Shown here in pieces: positions 39,420 to 51,749 of a stretch of DNA of 64,000 bases. The translations under genes and the position numbers were made by a program. The stretch is taken from positions 27,752,180-27,816,179 of the forward strand of contig NC_057748.1 in assembly GCF_004010195.1 (NCBI RefSeq), written 5' to 3'. Numbering within the stretch: position 1 is the first letter of the stretch; every line of letters begins with the position of its first letter. The notes under the pieces were generated by a model. It ran no database searches. It saw nothing but the letters and a program-made list of their open reading frames with translations, and was not told the origin of the DNA. The DNA comes from Chiloscyllium plagiosum (lineage: Eukaryota).

Positions 39420-40060
39420 TTTATTATTGTTACATGCAGCTAGGTGCAGTGAAACGTTCTGGACAGGCAGATTATATGTTGCAAAATGCAGCAGAGTGAT
39501 AACAAAGCCGAGTGAAGAATATAATGTTATGGCTGCAGAGAAGGCACACAAAAAAAAATGAGACCAACATGGAAAGTACAAATTGTGAGGTCCAGTCAGA
39601 AACCTAATGAAAGCAGAGCAGAAACCTTTCCTGAAACTATTCGTGTGTGTATTTAAACTTTCGTATCTTCTGCCCGACGGATGAGGTTGGAAGAGATTAC
39701 AACAGAGGTGGGAGGAGCTTTTGATTATATTGGCTGCCTTCCCGAGGCATTGAGAAGTCTGGATGGAGTCGATAGATAAAAGGTTGGTTTGCATGATGGG
39801 CTGGGCTGTGTTTGAAATTTTCTGTAATTACTTCTGGTCCTCAGCAGAACAGTTGCCATACCAAGCCCTGGTGCATCTGCATAGAATGCATTGCCTGGTG
39901 CTTCTGCAAAAATTGTGAAGAACGATTATGGGCATGCCAAATTTTATTAGCCTCCTGAGAAAGTAGAGGTGTTCTTGGGCTTGCTTGACTGTGACGTCAA
40001 CATGAGTGGACGAGGGCAGATTGTTGGTGATCACCACTCCTCAGAACTTGACACTCTGAC
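39420..40060 (-). mobile_element. Rex1/Babar-like LINE 3' fragment
   Basis: KQAQEHLYFLRRLIKFG...NFCRS..CIL....AWYGNCS followed by LFQPHPSGRRY, typical of the C-terminus of this LINE group. Confidence 0.7.
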
Positions 40061-40589
40061 AAACAACAGTGGACCCAAACAGATCCTTGCAGTACACCAC
40101 AATTAACTAAACTCCAGGATGAACGTTTCCCATCAACCACCACGCTCTGTCTTCTTTCAGGTAGCCAATTTCTGATCTAAACCGTTAAACTGCCCTCAAT
40201 CCCATGCCTCCGTATTTTGTGCAGGAGCCTACTGTGGGGAACCTTATCAAACGCCTTACTGAAACCTATAAACACCACATCAACCGCTTCATGTTGCTGT
40301 GACTGACGATTTCTCCTCCCACACTCATCACTTTCCTTTCATGTTCCCCTAAGTCAGCTCTTCCATGCCTGTGTAATCTTAAATCATAATCATTGCAACT
40401 TTTCTTCCACATCCAGCCATTTCAAAAACAAGACAAAAGAGTCAATCTGGAATTTTGTCTCTAAGGCAAAGAGGGATCATCAACTGTAGTTGCACCAATT
40501 ATGTCAACGATTTTGATAAAGACATCAATTTCTCCTACACTTAGCAATTATTGGTTTGTGGGGTGGAAAATCTCTGTGCTCCCATGCAC

Positions 40590-40905
40590 TACGGAGGCAA
40601 GGTGGCTCGGTGCTTAGCACTGCTGCCTCACAGCACCAGGGACCTGGGTTCGATTTCTGCATGGGTGCCTGTGTGGAGTTTGCATACTCTCCCCGTGTCT
40701 TCGTGGGTTTCCTATGGGTACTCCGGTTTCCTCCCAAAATCCAAAGATGTGTAGGTCAGGTGAATTGGCCATGCTAAATTGCCCATGTTGTTAGGTTCAT
40801 TAGTCAGGTGTGAATGCAGGGTTGGCAGATGGGTATGGCTGGGTTACTTTTGGGAGGGTCAGTGTGGACTTATTGGGTGGAAGGGCCTGTTTCCATTATG
40901 TAGGG
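40590..40905 (+). mobile_element. tRNA-derived V-SINE (HE1-like)
   Basis: GGTGGCTCGGTGCTTAGC...GGTTCGATT...GTGTGGAGTTTGCATACTCTCCCCGTGTC. Confidence 0.8.
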
Positions 40906-41189
40906 AACCTAACTGAAATAATGCACTTCTTTCACAGATTCATTCCTTTTGAATTACCGAGAAAATTGTTTGCATCCTGTCACTCCTTATTGCTGGTCTC
41001 TGGTACCACTGGGTAGCACTTTGATACGCACTTGCCCACGACCGTTCAGAGCAGCTTGGCTCTAAGACTTGCAGCTGCGATCGTCTGCCATTAGGTGGAG
41101 CTCCTAGGTCACCAGAGCGTGCAGATTTCCGGAGTTTTCCAAACAGCAGCTCGGATCTCTGTTCTGCTGCAACAACATTAACACTAAAC

Positions 41190-41690
41190 TTCAGTCTGTT
41201 TCTCTCCCTCTCGCTGTCACTCACGCTACCGCCTCGTCAGTTTTCTCCCTCTCCTTCTCCAGCGCTTTCTCTGCCTCTTATCATCCCTCCCGCTGGATCG
41301 TCTCTTTCATGGACCTTCTGTCACACTCTCCCCTTGCTCCCTGACGATCTCTCTTTCTCTGTCCTCCCTGCACTTCAATCCTCCTCTCACTCATGTGCTC
41401 TCTCTCTCTCTCACTCACAGCTCTCTCTCTCACTTGCTCTCTCTCTCTTCCCTCCCTCCTTTACCTACCCCAATACACACTCTCTTACTGTCCCTCACTC
41501 TCTTCCCTCTCTTCCTCTCCTTCTCCCTCCATCCCTCTGTACCTCTCCTCCCCTTTTTCCACATTCCTAGCTCTTCTCACTCATCCACTGTCAGCCTCTC
41601 TCTCCTCTCTCTCTCAGCCTCCACGACCTTACTGTCGATCCCTTCCTCTCTTCTGCTTTATCACGCCACTCTGAGTGTACCTCCCTGACA
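41190..41690. repeat. CT-rich polypyrimidine tract
   Basis: Composition only. Confidence 0.7.
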
Positions 41691-42589
41691 TTCCATTGCC
41701 CGATGCCGCCTTCTTAACCTCTTCCTTTGGCACGCGTTGCAACTGAGGCACATTGTGCTTAGTCTCGCCATCAGACTCAAGTCGCTGCCCTCATGTTGTG
41801 AGTTCTGTAATTACAGCTGGCAGACCCATGTGGTACTGAGAAAGTCAAACACTGGCAGGCTGGCCCCGAGAGTGAAGTTGAAACCTGGGCACTGTATTTT
41901 CAATGCGGCGAGTTGCTGTGGTCTGGGATGCATTGTCTGAAAGGGAGCAGACTCAACAGCATGTTTCAAAAGTGTGTGTGGGGGGGTGGGGGGGGGGGTG
42001 TGGGGGGCGCACCCACAGACATTTTGGAAGGAGGAACATTTACAGGAGGCGTGCATGAAAAATTGTGGGACTAATTTGAGAGATTGTGGTAAGAGCCTGA
42101 CGAAGGAGCAGCGCTATGAAAGCTTGTGATTTTAAATAAACCTGTTAGATTATAACCTGGTGTCATATGACTTCTGAATTTATCTCATCCGTGCCGCTCA
42201 TGAATGTATAAACCTCTATAAGGTCACCCCTCAACCTCCAGCGCTCCAGGATGAATAAAATACCCAGCCTACTTAGCTTCTTTCTAAATCTCAAACCCAA
42301 CAATCCCAGCAACATCTTTGTCAATGTTTTATGAACCTTTCAAGTTTAACAACACTTTTCCTGTAGCAGGGAGCAAAATTGGACGCAGTATTCGAAAAAT
42401 GACTCAACCAATGCCCTGGACAGTCGCAACATGACCTCACAATTGCTATACTGAGTGCACTGATCAATGAAAGTGAAAGAGCCAAACATTTTCAAACTTT
42501 CTAAACACGACTTCACTTTCAGGGAACTACACCGCTGGACCTCTAGATTTTTCTGTTTTGGCAACACAACCCAGGGCCCGGCCATTAAT

Positions 42590-43065
42590 TCTATAATGTC
42601 ACGAGGTCAATTTCCGGAATGGCGGGACTATCTTACGCTGAAAGACTGGAGCGACTGGGCTTGTATACGCTTGAGTTTAGAAGGCTGAGAGACGTATATG
42701 ATTATTAAAGGATTGGACACTCTGGAGGCAGGAAGCATGTTTCCACTGATGGGTGAGTCCCGAACTAGAGGACACAGTTTAAAAATAAAGGGTAGGCCAC
42801 TTAAAACAGAGTTGAGGAGAAACTTCTTAACCCAGAGAGTGGTGGGTGTGTGGAATGCTCTGCCCCAGAAGGCTGTGGAGGCCAAGTCTCTGGATACTCT
42901 CAAGAAAGAGTTGGATAGAGCTCTTAAGGATAGTGGAATCAAGGGTTATGGGGATAAGGCAGGAACAGGATACTGGTTGAAGATGATCAGCCATGATCAT
43001 AATGAATGGGGTGCTGGTTCGAAGGGCAGAATGGCCTACTCCTGCACCTATTGTCTATTGTCTAT
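42590..43065 (+). mobile_element. Young CR1-type LINE 3' end
   Basis: IIKGLDTLEAGSMFPLMGESRTRGHSLKIKG...RRNFLTQRVV; (CTATTGT)n tail. Confidence 0.85.
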
Positions 43066-44479
43066 AAGCCCTGTTCTGAGATCCCTCAGCAAAATGCAAC
43101 ATTTTACTGGGGTGGATGGAATAGAGGAGTATACAGAGAGAGAAAGAGGTTGCAGTGGCTGGAGGAAGTGACACAGTTTGAGAGGGATGTAAGGGTGGGA
43201 AAAGATAAAGACTAGAGGAGGGTAAAGTGACAGACAGCACTGCAGGGACTGGATGGGACCACACCGACAGGGTGGATTCAGGGGTGGACTAGATTACAGG
43301 GTTGGGGAGGGGTGTCGGGGCTGGAGAGGTTACAAAGATGTGTGCAGGGGGATGGAGAGGATTAAAGAGTAAAGGGGGATTGAGATGTTGGAGGAGGCTA
43401 CAGAGATAGCGTGGGTATAGGTGCTGGATGAGAGTCTGCTGAAGGTCTGCACCTTAATTGTTCAGTAAGGGGTTTGTGAGGCTGAGACGGTGGGAGCAGA
43501 AAAGCCGACTTTGGGAGCTATCAACAACAGCCTGATTCCACTATTTCACAGTCGGGGTGAATTGCAGGGAGAGGTTGTGTCCTTGTTCGTTCAGCCGTTG
43601 GCAAAAGTTGAGGGAGTTGTTCTGCAAAAGGGCTACATTCCCTGTCCCACGCTTGTTCCCCATACACCAACTCAGGGGACTCAGCATCCTCAATAGGCTG
43701 TCCAGGACGGACCCACCATCGATCCTCGGATTTATAACACTTCTGTTAGGGACCAAGGATCCAATGTTTCAACCCAAGAACAAAAACACTCTCAAATCCA
43801 GGTCAATGAAATCAGCATGTAAAGGATGAATCAGTTGGCTACCCAGCTCTTCAACCCTGACTGTTTCTTCATTGGCAACCTTGTAGCTAGACTGGAGAGT
43901 TCATTTTAGCCAGTCATATATATAGGTAACTTAAATACAATGACATATGTAAATTAATTGTTATTCCCTTTGAAATTTAGGTTTATTCCATTTGGATTGG
44001 TAAGTGAAACATGTCTCCTTTTTCCAACTACACTGAGGATCTGCACTGCCAAGTGAGTCAACTCAATAAATATAAGTTCAACTAAATTAAGGTGCCCATA
44101 ATTTGTCCAGGATTTCCTTCAATTTAGCTCTATGATATGTTACAGCATGGAGACAGAAAGTTAAACCAAATTAGCCTTTGCATCTCTGTATTCCAACCAC
44201 AACAAAATTTAAAACTTCAGTGACTCTCAAAATTGACCCCAATGGATTCTAACTAGATATCAATCTCAATCGTGATGAATACTCAATTCTCGATACCAGC
44301 TTGCACATTTAATAAAAGATTTAGTTCTTATTGACAATATATGAACTTTAGCAAAACAAGGTTGAACAACAACGTGATTGGTCTCTGCTATACATCTTTT
44401 GTTGTCAGCGCCATTCACAGAAAAGACAGGCGCTCCAGGGGAAAGAAAACACGGCCTACTTAGGCTCTCCATAAGGCTC

Positions 44480-45450
44480 AATAGACAACAGACAATAGGT
44501 GCAGGAGTAGGCCATTCTGCCCTTCGAGCCTGCACCACCATTCAATATGATCATGGCTGATCATCCTTAATCAGTATCCTGTTCCTGCCTTATCTCCATA
44601 ACCCTTGATTCCACAATCCTTGAGAGCTCTATCCAACTCTTTCTTAAGTGAATCCAGAGACTGGGCCTCCACTGCCCTCTGGGGCAGAGCATTCCACACA
44701 GCCACCACTCTCTGGATGAAGAGGTTTCTCTTCATCTCTGTCCTAAATGGTCTACCCCGTATTTTTAAGCTGTGTCCTCTGGTTCGGCACTCACCCATCA
44801 GCGGAAACATGCTTCCTGCCTCCAGAGTGTCCAATCCTTTAATAATCTTATATGTCTCAATTAGATCCCCTCTCAGTCTTCTAAACTCAAAGGTATACAA
44901 GCCCAGTCGCTCCAGTCTTTCAGTGTAAGGTAATCCCGCCATTTCAGGAATTGACCTCGTGAACTTACGCTGCACTCCCTCAATAGCCAGAATGTCTTTC
45001 CTCAAATTTGGTGACCAGAACTGCACACAGTACTCCAGGTGTGGTCTCACCAGGCCCTGTACAGCTGCAGAAGAACCTCTTTGCTTCTATATTCAATCCC
45101 TCTTGTTATGAAGGCCAGCATGCTATTAGCCTTCTTCACTACCTGCTGTACCTGCATGCTTACCTTCATTGACTGGTGTACAAGAACACCCAGATCTCTC
45201 TGTACTGCCCCTTTACCTAAATTGATTCCATTTAGGTAGTAATCTGCCTTCCTGTTCTTGACACCAAAGTAGACCATTTAGGACAGAGATGAGGAGAAAC
45301 TTCTTCACCCAGAGAGTGGTGGCTGTGTGGAATGCTCTGCCCCAGAGGGTAGTGGAGGCCCACTCTCTGGATTCATCTAAGAAAGAATTGGATAGAGCTC
45401 TCAAGGATTGTGGAATCAAGGGTTATGGAGATAAGGCAGGAACAGGATTG
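44480..45450 (-). mobile_element. Young CR1-type LINE fragment (44480-45268, -) abutting an inverted copy of its own 3' part (45270-45447, +)
   Basis: QRDLGVLVHQSMKVSMQVQQVVKKAN..., RPHLEYCVQFWSP...ERLERLGLYTFEFRRLRGDLIETYKI. Confidence 0.88.
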
Positions 45451-45749
45451 GAGGCTCAAAGCCTCCAATCCCAGCAACATCCCTGTAATTCTCTTCTGCA
45501 TCCTTTCAAGTTTAACAACATCTTTCCTATGGAAAGGAGAACAGAATTGAAGAAAGTATTATGAAAGTAGATCAAACAATGTCCTGCAGAGTTATGACAT
45601 GCCAAAGGCCCTTTTCAACACCGTGACTACCTTTAACTCCACTTTCAAGGAACTCTGCACCTCCACCTCTTGGTCACTCTGCTCCACAGAGCCCTGCAAT
45701 AAATTTGCAAGTCCTGTCCTGCTTTGCTTTCACAAAATGTGACACTTTA

Positions 45750-47230
45750 TTGAGGTGTAGAGGCTGAAGGAGGTTGTCGAGAGAGGGAGAGAGTTGCCGC
45801 TGCAAGAGGAGACCGAGAGCGGAAGTAGTGTTGGTTCTGGAGGAGAATTTGGGAGAAGCGTAGGACTGAGGTAGGTGACAGAAATAGCAACGAGATTAGA
45901 GGCCAGATGAGGCTCCAGTGATGGGGGGTAACAGAGACAAGAGGGATGTATGGGATGGAGAAGGTTGCAGAGATAGGGAGTTGTGTAGGGGTTGGTGGAG
46001 ATTACAGAGAGAGATGGAGGAGTGCAGGAGCTGGATGGGGTGGCAGAATAAGCAGATGGCTAGGGACTGGTGGTCGTTCCAAACAGAGGGTGGGGTGCAA
46101 TGCCCGGAGTGGTTACAGGTTTAGCGAGGGGTCAAGCGGTTGGAGGAGGTTAAACAGGTAGAGAGAGGTGTAGGGGCTGCAGTGTTGAACAAGATTGGGA
46201 GAGGATGTCGAGGCTGCAGGAGTGCAGGAGTTAGGATGGCATGGGGAGTCTTGTGAATGTTACAGTGAGAGGGTGGCTTGTAGAAGGTGGAGGAGGTTAC
46301 AGAGTTAGTGAAAGGTGTTGGAGCTAGAGGCAGTTATAGAAATAGGGAGGGTTGTTGGGGCAGTAGGAAGTAACAGAAGTAGGGCGTGTTGCAGTGTCTG
46401 GAGGATGTTGCAAAGTTTGGGAAATGTGGAGTGCATGGAGTGCAGAGATATGCAAGGATGTAGGCTCTGGAGGGGTTGACAGAAATATGGATGAAACTAG
46501 GGACTGGAGGAAGTGGAAGAGGCAGGAAAGCGTGTGAGAATTGTAGGAAGGTATTGTGACAGAGTCAGAAAAAGGTGTGTATAGGGTGTGGAGGATGTGA
46601 CAGAAATAGGGAGCGGTGTAGGATCTGGAGGAGGGTACGATCATAGGATGGGATATAGGAGCTACAGGACATTACAGAGATATGGAGGGTCGCATGCATA
46701 GGTGGACTTCCAAGAGCTAGAGAATGCATATAGGAGCTGTAGAATTTTACAGAGTCAGGAGGAGTTAAAAGGCCCGAGGAGGTTACAGGGAGACGAAGGA
46801 ATATAGGGGCTGGAGAAAGAAACAAGTATGAAAGGATGAACAACCGCAGGAGGTTACAAAAATCGGGAGGTGTAGAGGGAGTGGAGGGCGTTGTGAAGTA
46901 GGGCAGAGTATAGGCGCTGGTGGCAATTGCAGAAATAGGGAAGTATTTAGGGGCTGGAGGTTGTTACAGAGAAGAGGGAGGTTGCAGAGATAAATAGGGG
47001 CATAAGAGCTGAAGGATGTTTCAGAGGTTGGGAGCTGTATACAGGCTGGTAAAGTTACTGTGCTTGGGAGAGGTGCAGGACCAGGAGGATATATACAAAC
47101 GTAGGCAGGGGTGTATGAGATGGAGAAAGTTACAGAGTTAGGGAGGGGATGTAGGGGCTGAAAGAGGTGACAGAGATTGAGAGGGGTGTACGGGATGGCG
47201 ATGGTTACAGTGACAGGGAGGAGTGAAACA
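45750..47230 (+). repeat. G/A-rich degenerate tandem repeat (paralog of 21590-25050)
   Basis: Same ggggctggaggaggttacagag units. Confidence 0.8.
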
Positions 47231-47819
47231 AAGAATAAGAGAGCTCAGAGAGTAAACAGCAGGAATCCAATTCGGTTATTTCGATGGGTCTGTTTGTGTA
47301 AATGTGTGACATGTCTGAGAAGGTAAGGGTTTGATGGAGCCTCTGCATTTTCCCTCCTGCGCATGGGCGAAGCTACAACCGCCTGTGTGATTGTTTGGGG
47401 CTGAGGACTGATGGTGCCACGGGGTGCTGCTGTTTCTAATCGCTCAGTAACCAGAGAGGTTTCAGTTCCTCTGCCGACATGACCCTCCCCTTCCCCTCCA
47501 TCTGGAGCGAGTGACCGCACCACCTGCAGCCCCTTCACAAACAGACCAAAAATAGTATGGCTTCGGCTCTCGGGAGCTAAAATGAGACACATGAAACGCA
47601 CCCTTCCCCTGCAACCTCTCCCCCCCCCCCCTCCCCCGCTCCCCCACCACCGCCCCAGGTCCTCTGAGGTCGAACAGCCGCGTTGCATTGAAAGCAGATG
47701 GAGAGGCAGTCTCGGATCCTACTCTTGGATTGTATGAATCATTATTGAGCTGGGTTTAGTCAGACTGTGCAGTCAGACTCCCGTAAAACGATTATTGTTG
47801 TAGAGCAGCTTTCATAGAA

Positions 47820-48125
47820 TCCCGTTAGCAGGGAAGCAGGCCATTCGGTCCATTGACCCTCTGGAGGGCATTTTACCTAGACCCACCCAATTCCCGTAAC
47901 ACCTACCCTTTCCCCTGTCTAACTCAGCCAGCCTTCACATTCCTGGATACTGCGGGGAAATTTTGCATGGCCAACCCACCTAACCTGCACATTGTTGGAC
48001 TGTTGGAAGGAAGCCAGTCAATTGGAAGAAACCCACAGAGACACAGAGACAAGGTTTAAATTCCATGGAACTCGTGGTCCTGGCGCTGTGAGGCAGCAGT
48101 GATAACCACTGAGCCACCGTGTCTC
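47820..48125 (-). mobile_element. Degenerate V-SINE
   Basis: Minus-strand CACGGTGGCTCAGTGGTTATCACTGCTGCCTCACAGCGCCAGG head. Confidence 0.65.
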
Positions 48126-48640
48126 CCGAACAAACCAACAAGCCTACAATACAAGTAAACATACCACCTAAGAAAGAGGACGCCAGTCAGACCCTCAATC
48201 GTGAGCAGCCGTTCAGTACTGTGTACTATCGTGGCTGTATGCACCACAAGTCCATTTTCCTATCACATATCCCTCGAATCACTTTGGTGGGAAAGTCTAC
48301 CCCTCAGAGCCTTCAACATGCATACAGAATGCCACAGATTCACCATTCACTGAGCTAAAGAATTTCCTTTCGTCTCAAACCGAATTGGTTGATCCCTTAG
48401 GCTAGAATGTGGACTAGACACTCGAGTGAGTGCGGTTGATATGGCGGGGGTGTGGGTTTGTGTGTTCCTGGGGGGCGGAGGAATACAGTCTGTCTGCATC
48501 TACCTACTAAAACCTCTCAAATTCCGATATCTTTCAGTGAGATCATCTCTAATTCTTTTAATTGCGAGAGGTTATAGGCCCACTCTCATCGTAGTACAGC
48601 CTTTCCTCTTGGTGAAACTTCACTGTGTTACCTCAAGGAT

Positions 48641-48827
48641 AAAGTGAGGTCTGCAGATGCTGGAGATCAGAGATGGAAATGTGTTGCTGGAAAAGCGCAG
48701 CAGGTCAGGGCAGCATCCAGGGAACTTGATCATTCCTGAAGAAGGGCTTATGCCCGAAACGTCGATTCTCCTGTTCCCTAGATGCTGCCTGACTTGCTGC
48801 GCTTTTCCAGCAACACATTTCCATCTC
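48641..48827. mobile_element. Fold-back Penelope-related element with hammerhead-like motif
   Basis: Flanked by the 14-bp direct repeat tacctcaaggataa (48629-48642, 48828-48841). Confidence 0.8.
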
Positions 48828-51749
48828 TACCTCAAGGATAAGTCTATCATTCCATAGATGAGGAGACCACAACTGCACGCATTACTGCTGGAGCAGGCTC
48901 ACCAAATCACTGCATAGCTGCAGTAAAACCTCTACTGCTAGGTATTTTAGAACACGTACTCAAGTATGTCATCACATAATCTCTGGAGTCAGAGAGACTT
49001 GAACCCAAATTTCCTCGCTCAAAGGTAGGGAAATTGCCCCTGCACCACAAGGGTCTTTCTTATGTACTCTTGTCCCCTCACAATGAATCCTTACATGCTA
49101 TTTCCACAAACACTCACTCCATACAGCATGGACACTCAGGCAGCGTGTGCCATCTACAAGATATATCATAGAAATTCACCAAAGATCCTTAGCACTTTCC
49201 AAACCCATGGCTACTTCCATCCAGAAGGGCAAGGGCAGCAGATACATGGGAACAGTATCCCCACAAGCTCTCCTCCAATCCACTCATCATCCTGACCTGG
49301 AAATGCATCAGCTGTTCCTTCAGTGTTGCTAGGTCAATCGTTTCTCTCTCATGGTATTGTGGGTGCTCCTAAGAGACTACAGCAATTCAAGAAGGCATCT
49401 CATCGGCACCTTCTCAAGGGGCAACAAGGAACCCCATACCTCACAGGTGAATCAAAACATATCATTTGCTGTCCTAATCTGTGAGTGGCGATATTTGTTA
49501 ACTTTCTCACTTCCCTGTATCTGCAATTCTTCTGAAAACCAAAACATTTCAGTCCTTTCAGAAATATCCTGCTTTTACCTTTCCTCTGACAAAAGCCCTC
49601 CGAACAATTCCTCATTTTCCCACATCAATGTCCATCTACCACTTGCTTGTCCAATTACTAATAGAGTCTCTTTTCCTTTTCAGACTTGATATCCAATTTA
49701 AAGCCGACTCTTCCTCTTCATCTCCTCCTTCGGCCGTGTTCTTTGCACTGATGGACTCACCATTGCTGGTTTAAAGTCATGGCAAGACTGAAGCCAGCAA
49801 TTCATCCCATATGTCAATGGTTCTGACTCAAGGAAGTGCTGTGAATAGGTTTTAGAACGGAGCATGTTTAATATTGGGGGGTGTCAATCAAAAAGTAAAG
49901 TCATATAAGATCTCTAGTATAGGCTCTGGAGGCTCCCTGCCTCCAATACTGATGAAGGGCTTTTGCCTGAAACGTCGATTTTCCTGCTCCTCGGATTCTG
50001 CCTGACCTGCTGTGCTTTTCCAGCACCACTCTGATCTAAACCCAGTTTTCCAGCATCTGCGGACCTCACTTTTGCCCAGGCAAACTGGTCTTCCGTCCAT
50101 CACATAAGCTGGTCAAAAATGACTCCCTAAATGTTCTATCTTACTTTCCAGCACTTGGCCCATAGCCTTATCATCACAAGTGCACATCCAAATACCTATT
50201 CAAATGTCTCCCTCTATCACCTTCCCGAGCAATGTGTTCCAGATTTCCACCTCCCTCTGGGTGACAGCAATTTTTGTGATATGTTCTCTAAACCTCCTGC
50301 CACTTACTTTAAATCTATGCCTCAGGTCATTCATCCTTCTTCCAACGGGGGAGGATCCTTGCTGCCTACCCTATCTATGCCCCTCATAATGTTATGGATT
50401 CCACAACACTTTTGCCAACGAACAGACATCTCAGTCAGAATGACCTACAAGCCTGGAGAAGCTGCCAGGAACGCGACTGACCCAGGATACAATCTGAAAT
50501 GCCCCCAAGCGTTCAACCTGATCTCATCGAAGATGGTGGAATCAGATACAATAGCAATGTTTAAGAGGCATTCAGACATACAGATGTACAAGCAAAGAAT
50601 AGAGGTATACGGACCATATGCAGACAGGTAGAATTAGTTTATAATGGCACCATGGTCAGCCCAGATAGGGTTGACCAAATAGCCTATTCCTGTACTGTAC
50701 TGCTCTATGGCGTATGGTCTTTCACAATTTCCTCTGCTCTAAGGCAAAAAAAAAATTAATTGAATGTAACTTTATAGCTACGACTCTCCAGCCCAGGCAA
50801 CATTCTGGTAAACCTCCTTCGCATCCTCTACAGTGCTGTCACAACCCTCCTATCATGTGGTTTCTAGAATGCTACACACAATCCTATAGATGCAGCCTAA
50901 CACACATTTTATACAGTTCAAGCAGTACCTCCCTGCTCTTAATCTATTGAGCCTCGGGATCATTCTGTAATCTGGTTTGTCCAGCCATACCATCAGTCGG
51001 GATCATATATAAAAAATATGAGGGATCGTCCGGGATATCACTTAGACGAGCATAAGATGAATTGGTATATTTTCTGAAAATAAATTGTCTACCTGAATAC
51101 TATAGACTGAAAGAGAAGGTGCATGGCAAGGTTTCCTGACTGGTTTGAAGTGTTAGAATTATTTGGAATGCTTTGGGGAGGAAAAGGCTTTTTCTTTAGG
51201 TTATTTGAAATCTTTAACGAAGGCTGAAACTGAGAAGGTTGTCAGATAAGTTGAGAGTGCAAACAAAATCTGTATCCTGTGAAAGTGAAATGCTCAAAGT
51301 GACTGTGAAAGATTTCAGGATCTGAAGGAGGGAAATTGTGACTTGAGATGGCAAATTTCAGACTAACTATCACTCGATTGAAAATGAACAAGCTTGATTT
51401 GGAGAACAAAAAAGAAAGGGAAATTAAAGGCTTTCAAATGAATGTAGAGGAAAAGATTTTAAAAAGGGATAAAGATAACACGCTCGCAAACTTAGATGGT
51501 TGCTCTCTCATTACAGAGGCAACTGGTAACACTTTAACCTGAGGGTCACCGCATCTCAGATGAGGGAAGACATTGGTAAGGGGAGTCCTTCATTGTAACT
51601 GCAACTGGTGCAGGAATTGAACCCACGCTGCTGGTGTCAGTCGATATCACAACCATACCTACTGAGCTGACAAACTGCGTAGGACATAAGCAGTTAATGT
51701 TAGGGCCATGGGGAGTGTTTGTAGAACAGAGAGACAGGGCCGTCGTCCC

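Noticed and set aside
51348-51542. Lys/Glu-rich ORF resembling a retrotransposon gag coiled-coil; also ORF 62860-63255
   Set aside because: Too short or featureless to assign; probably LTR-element debris.
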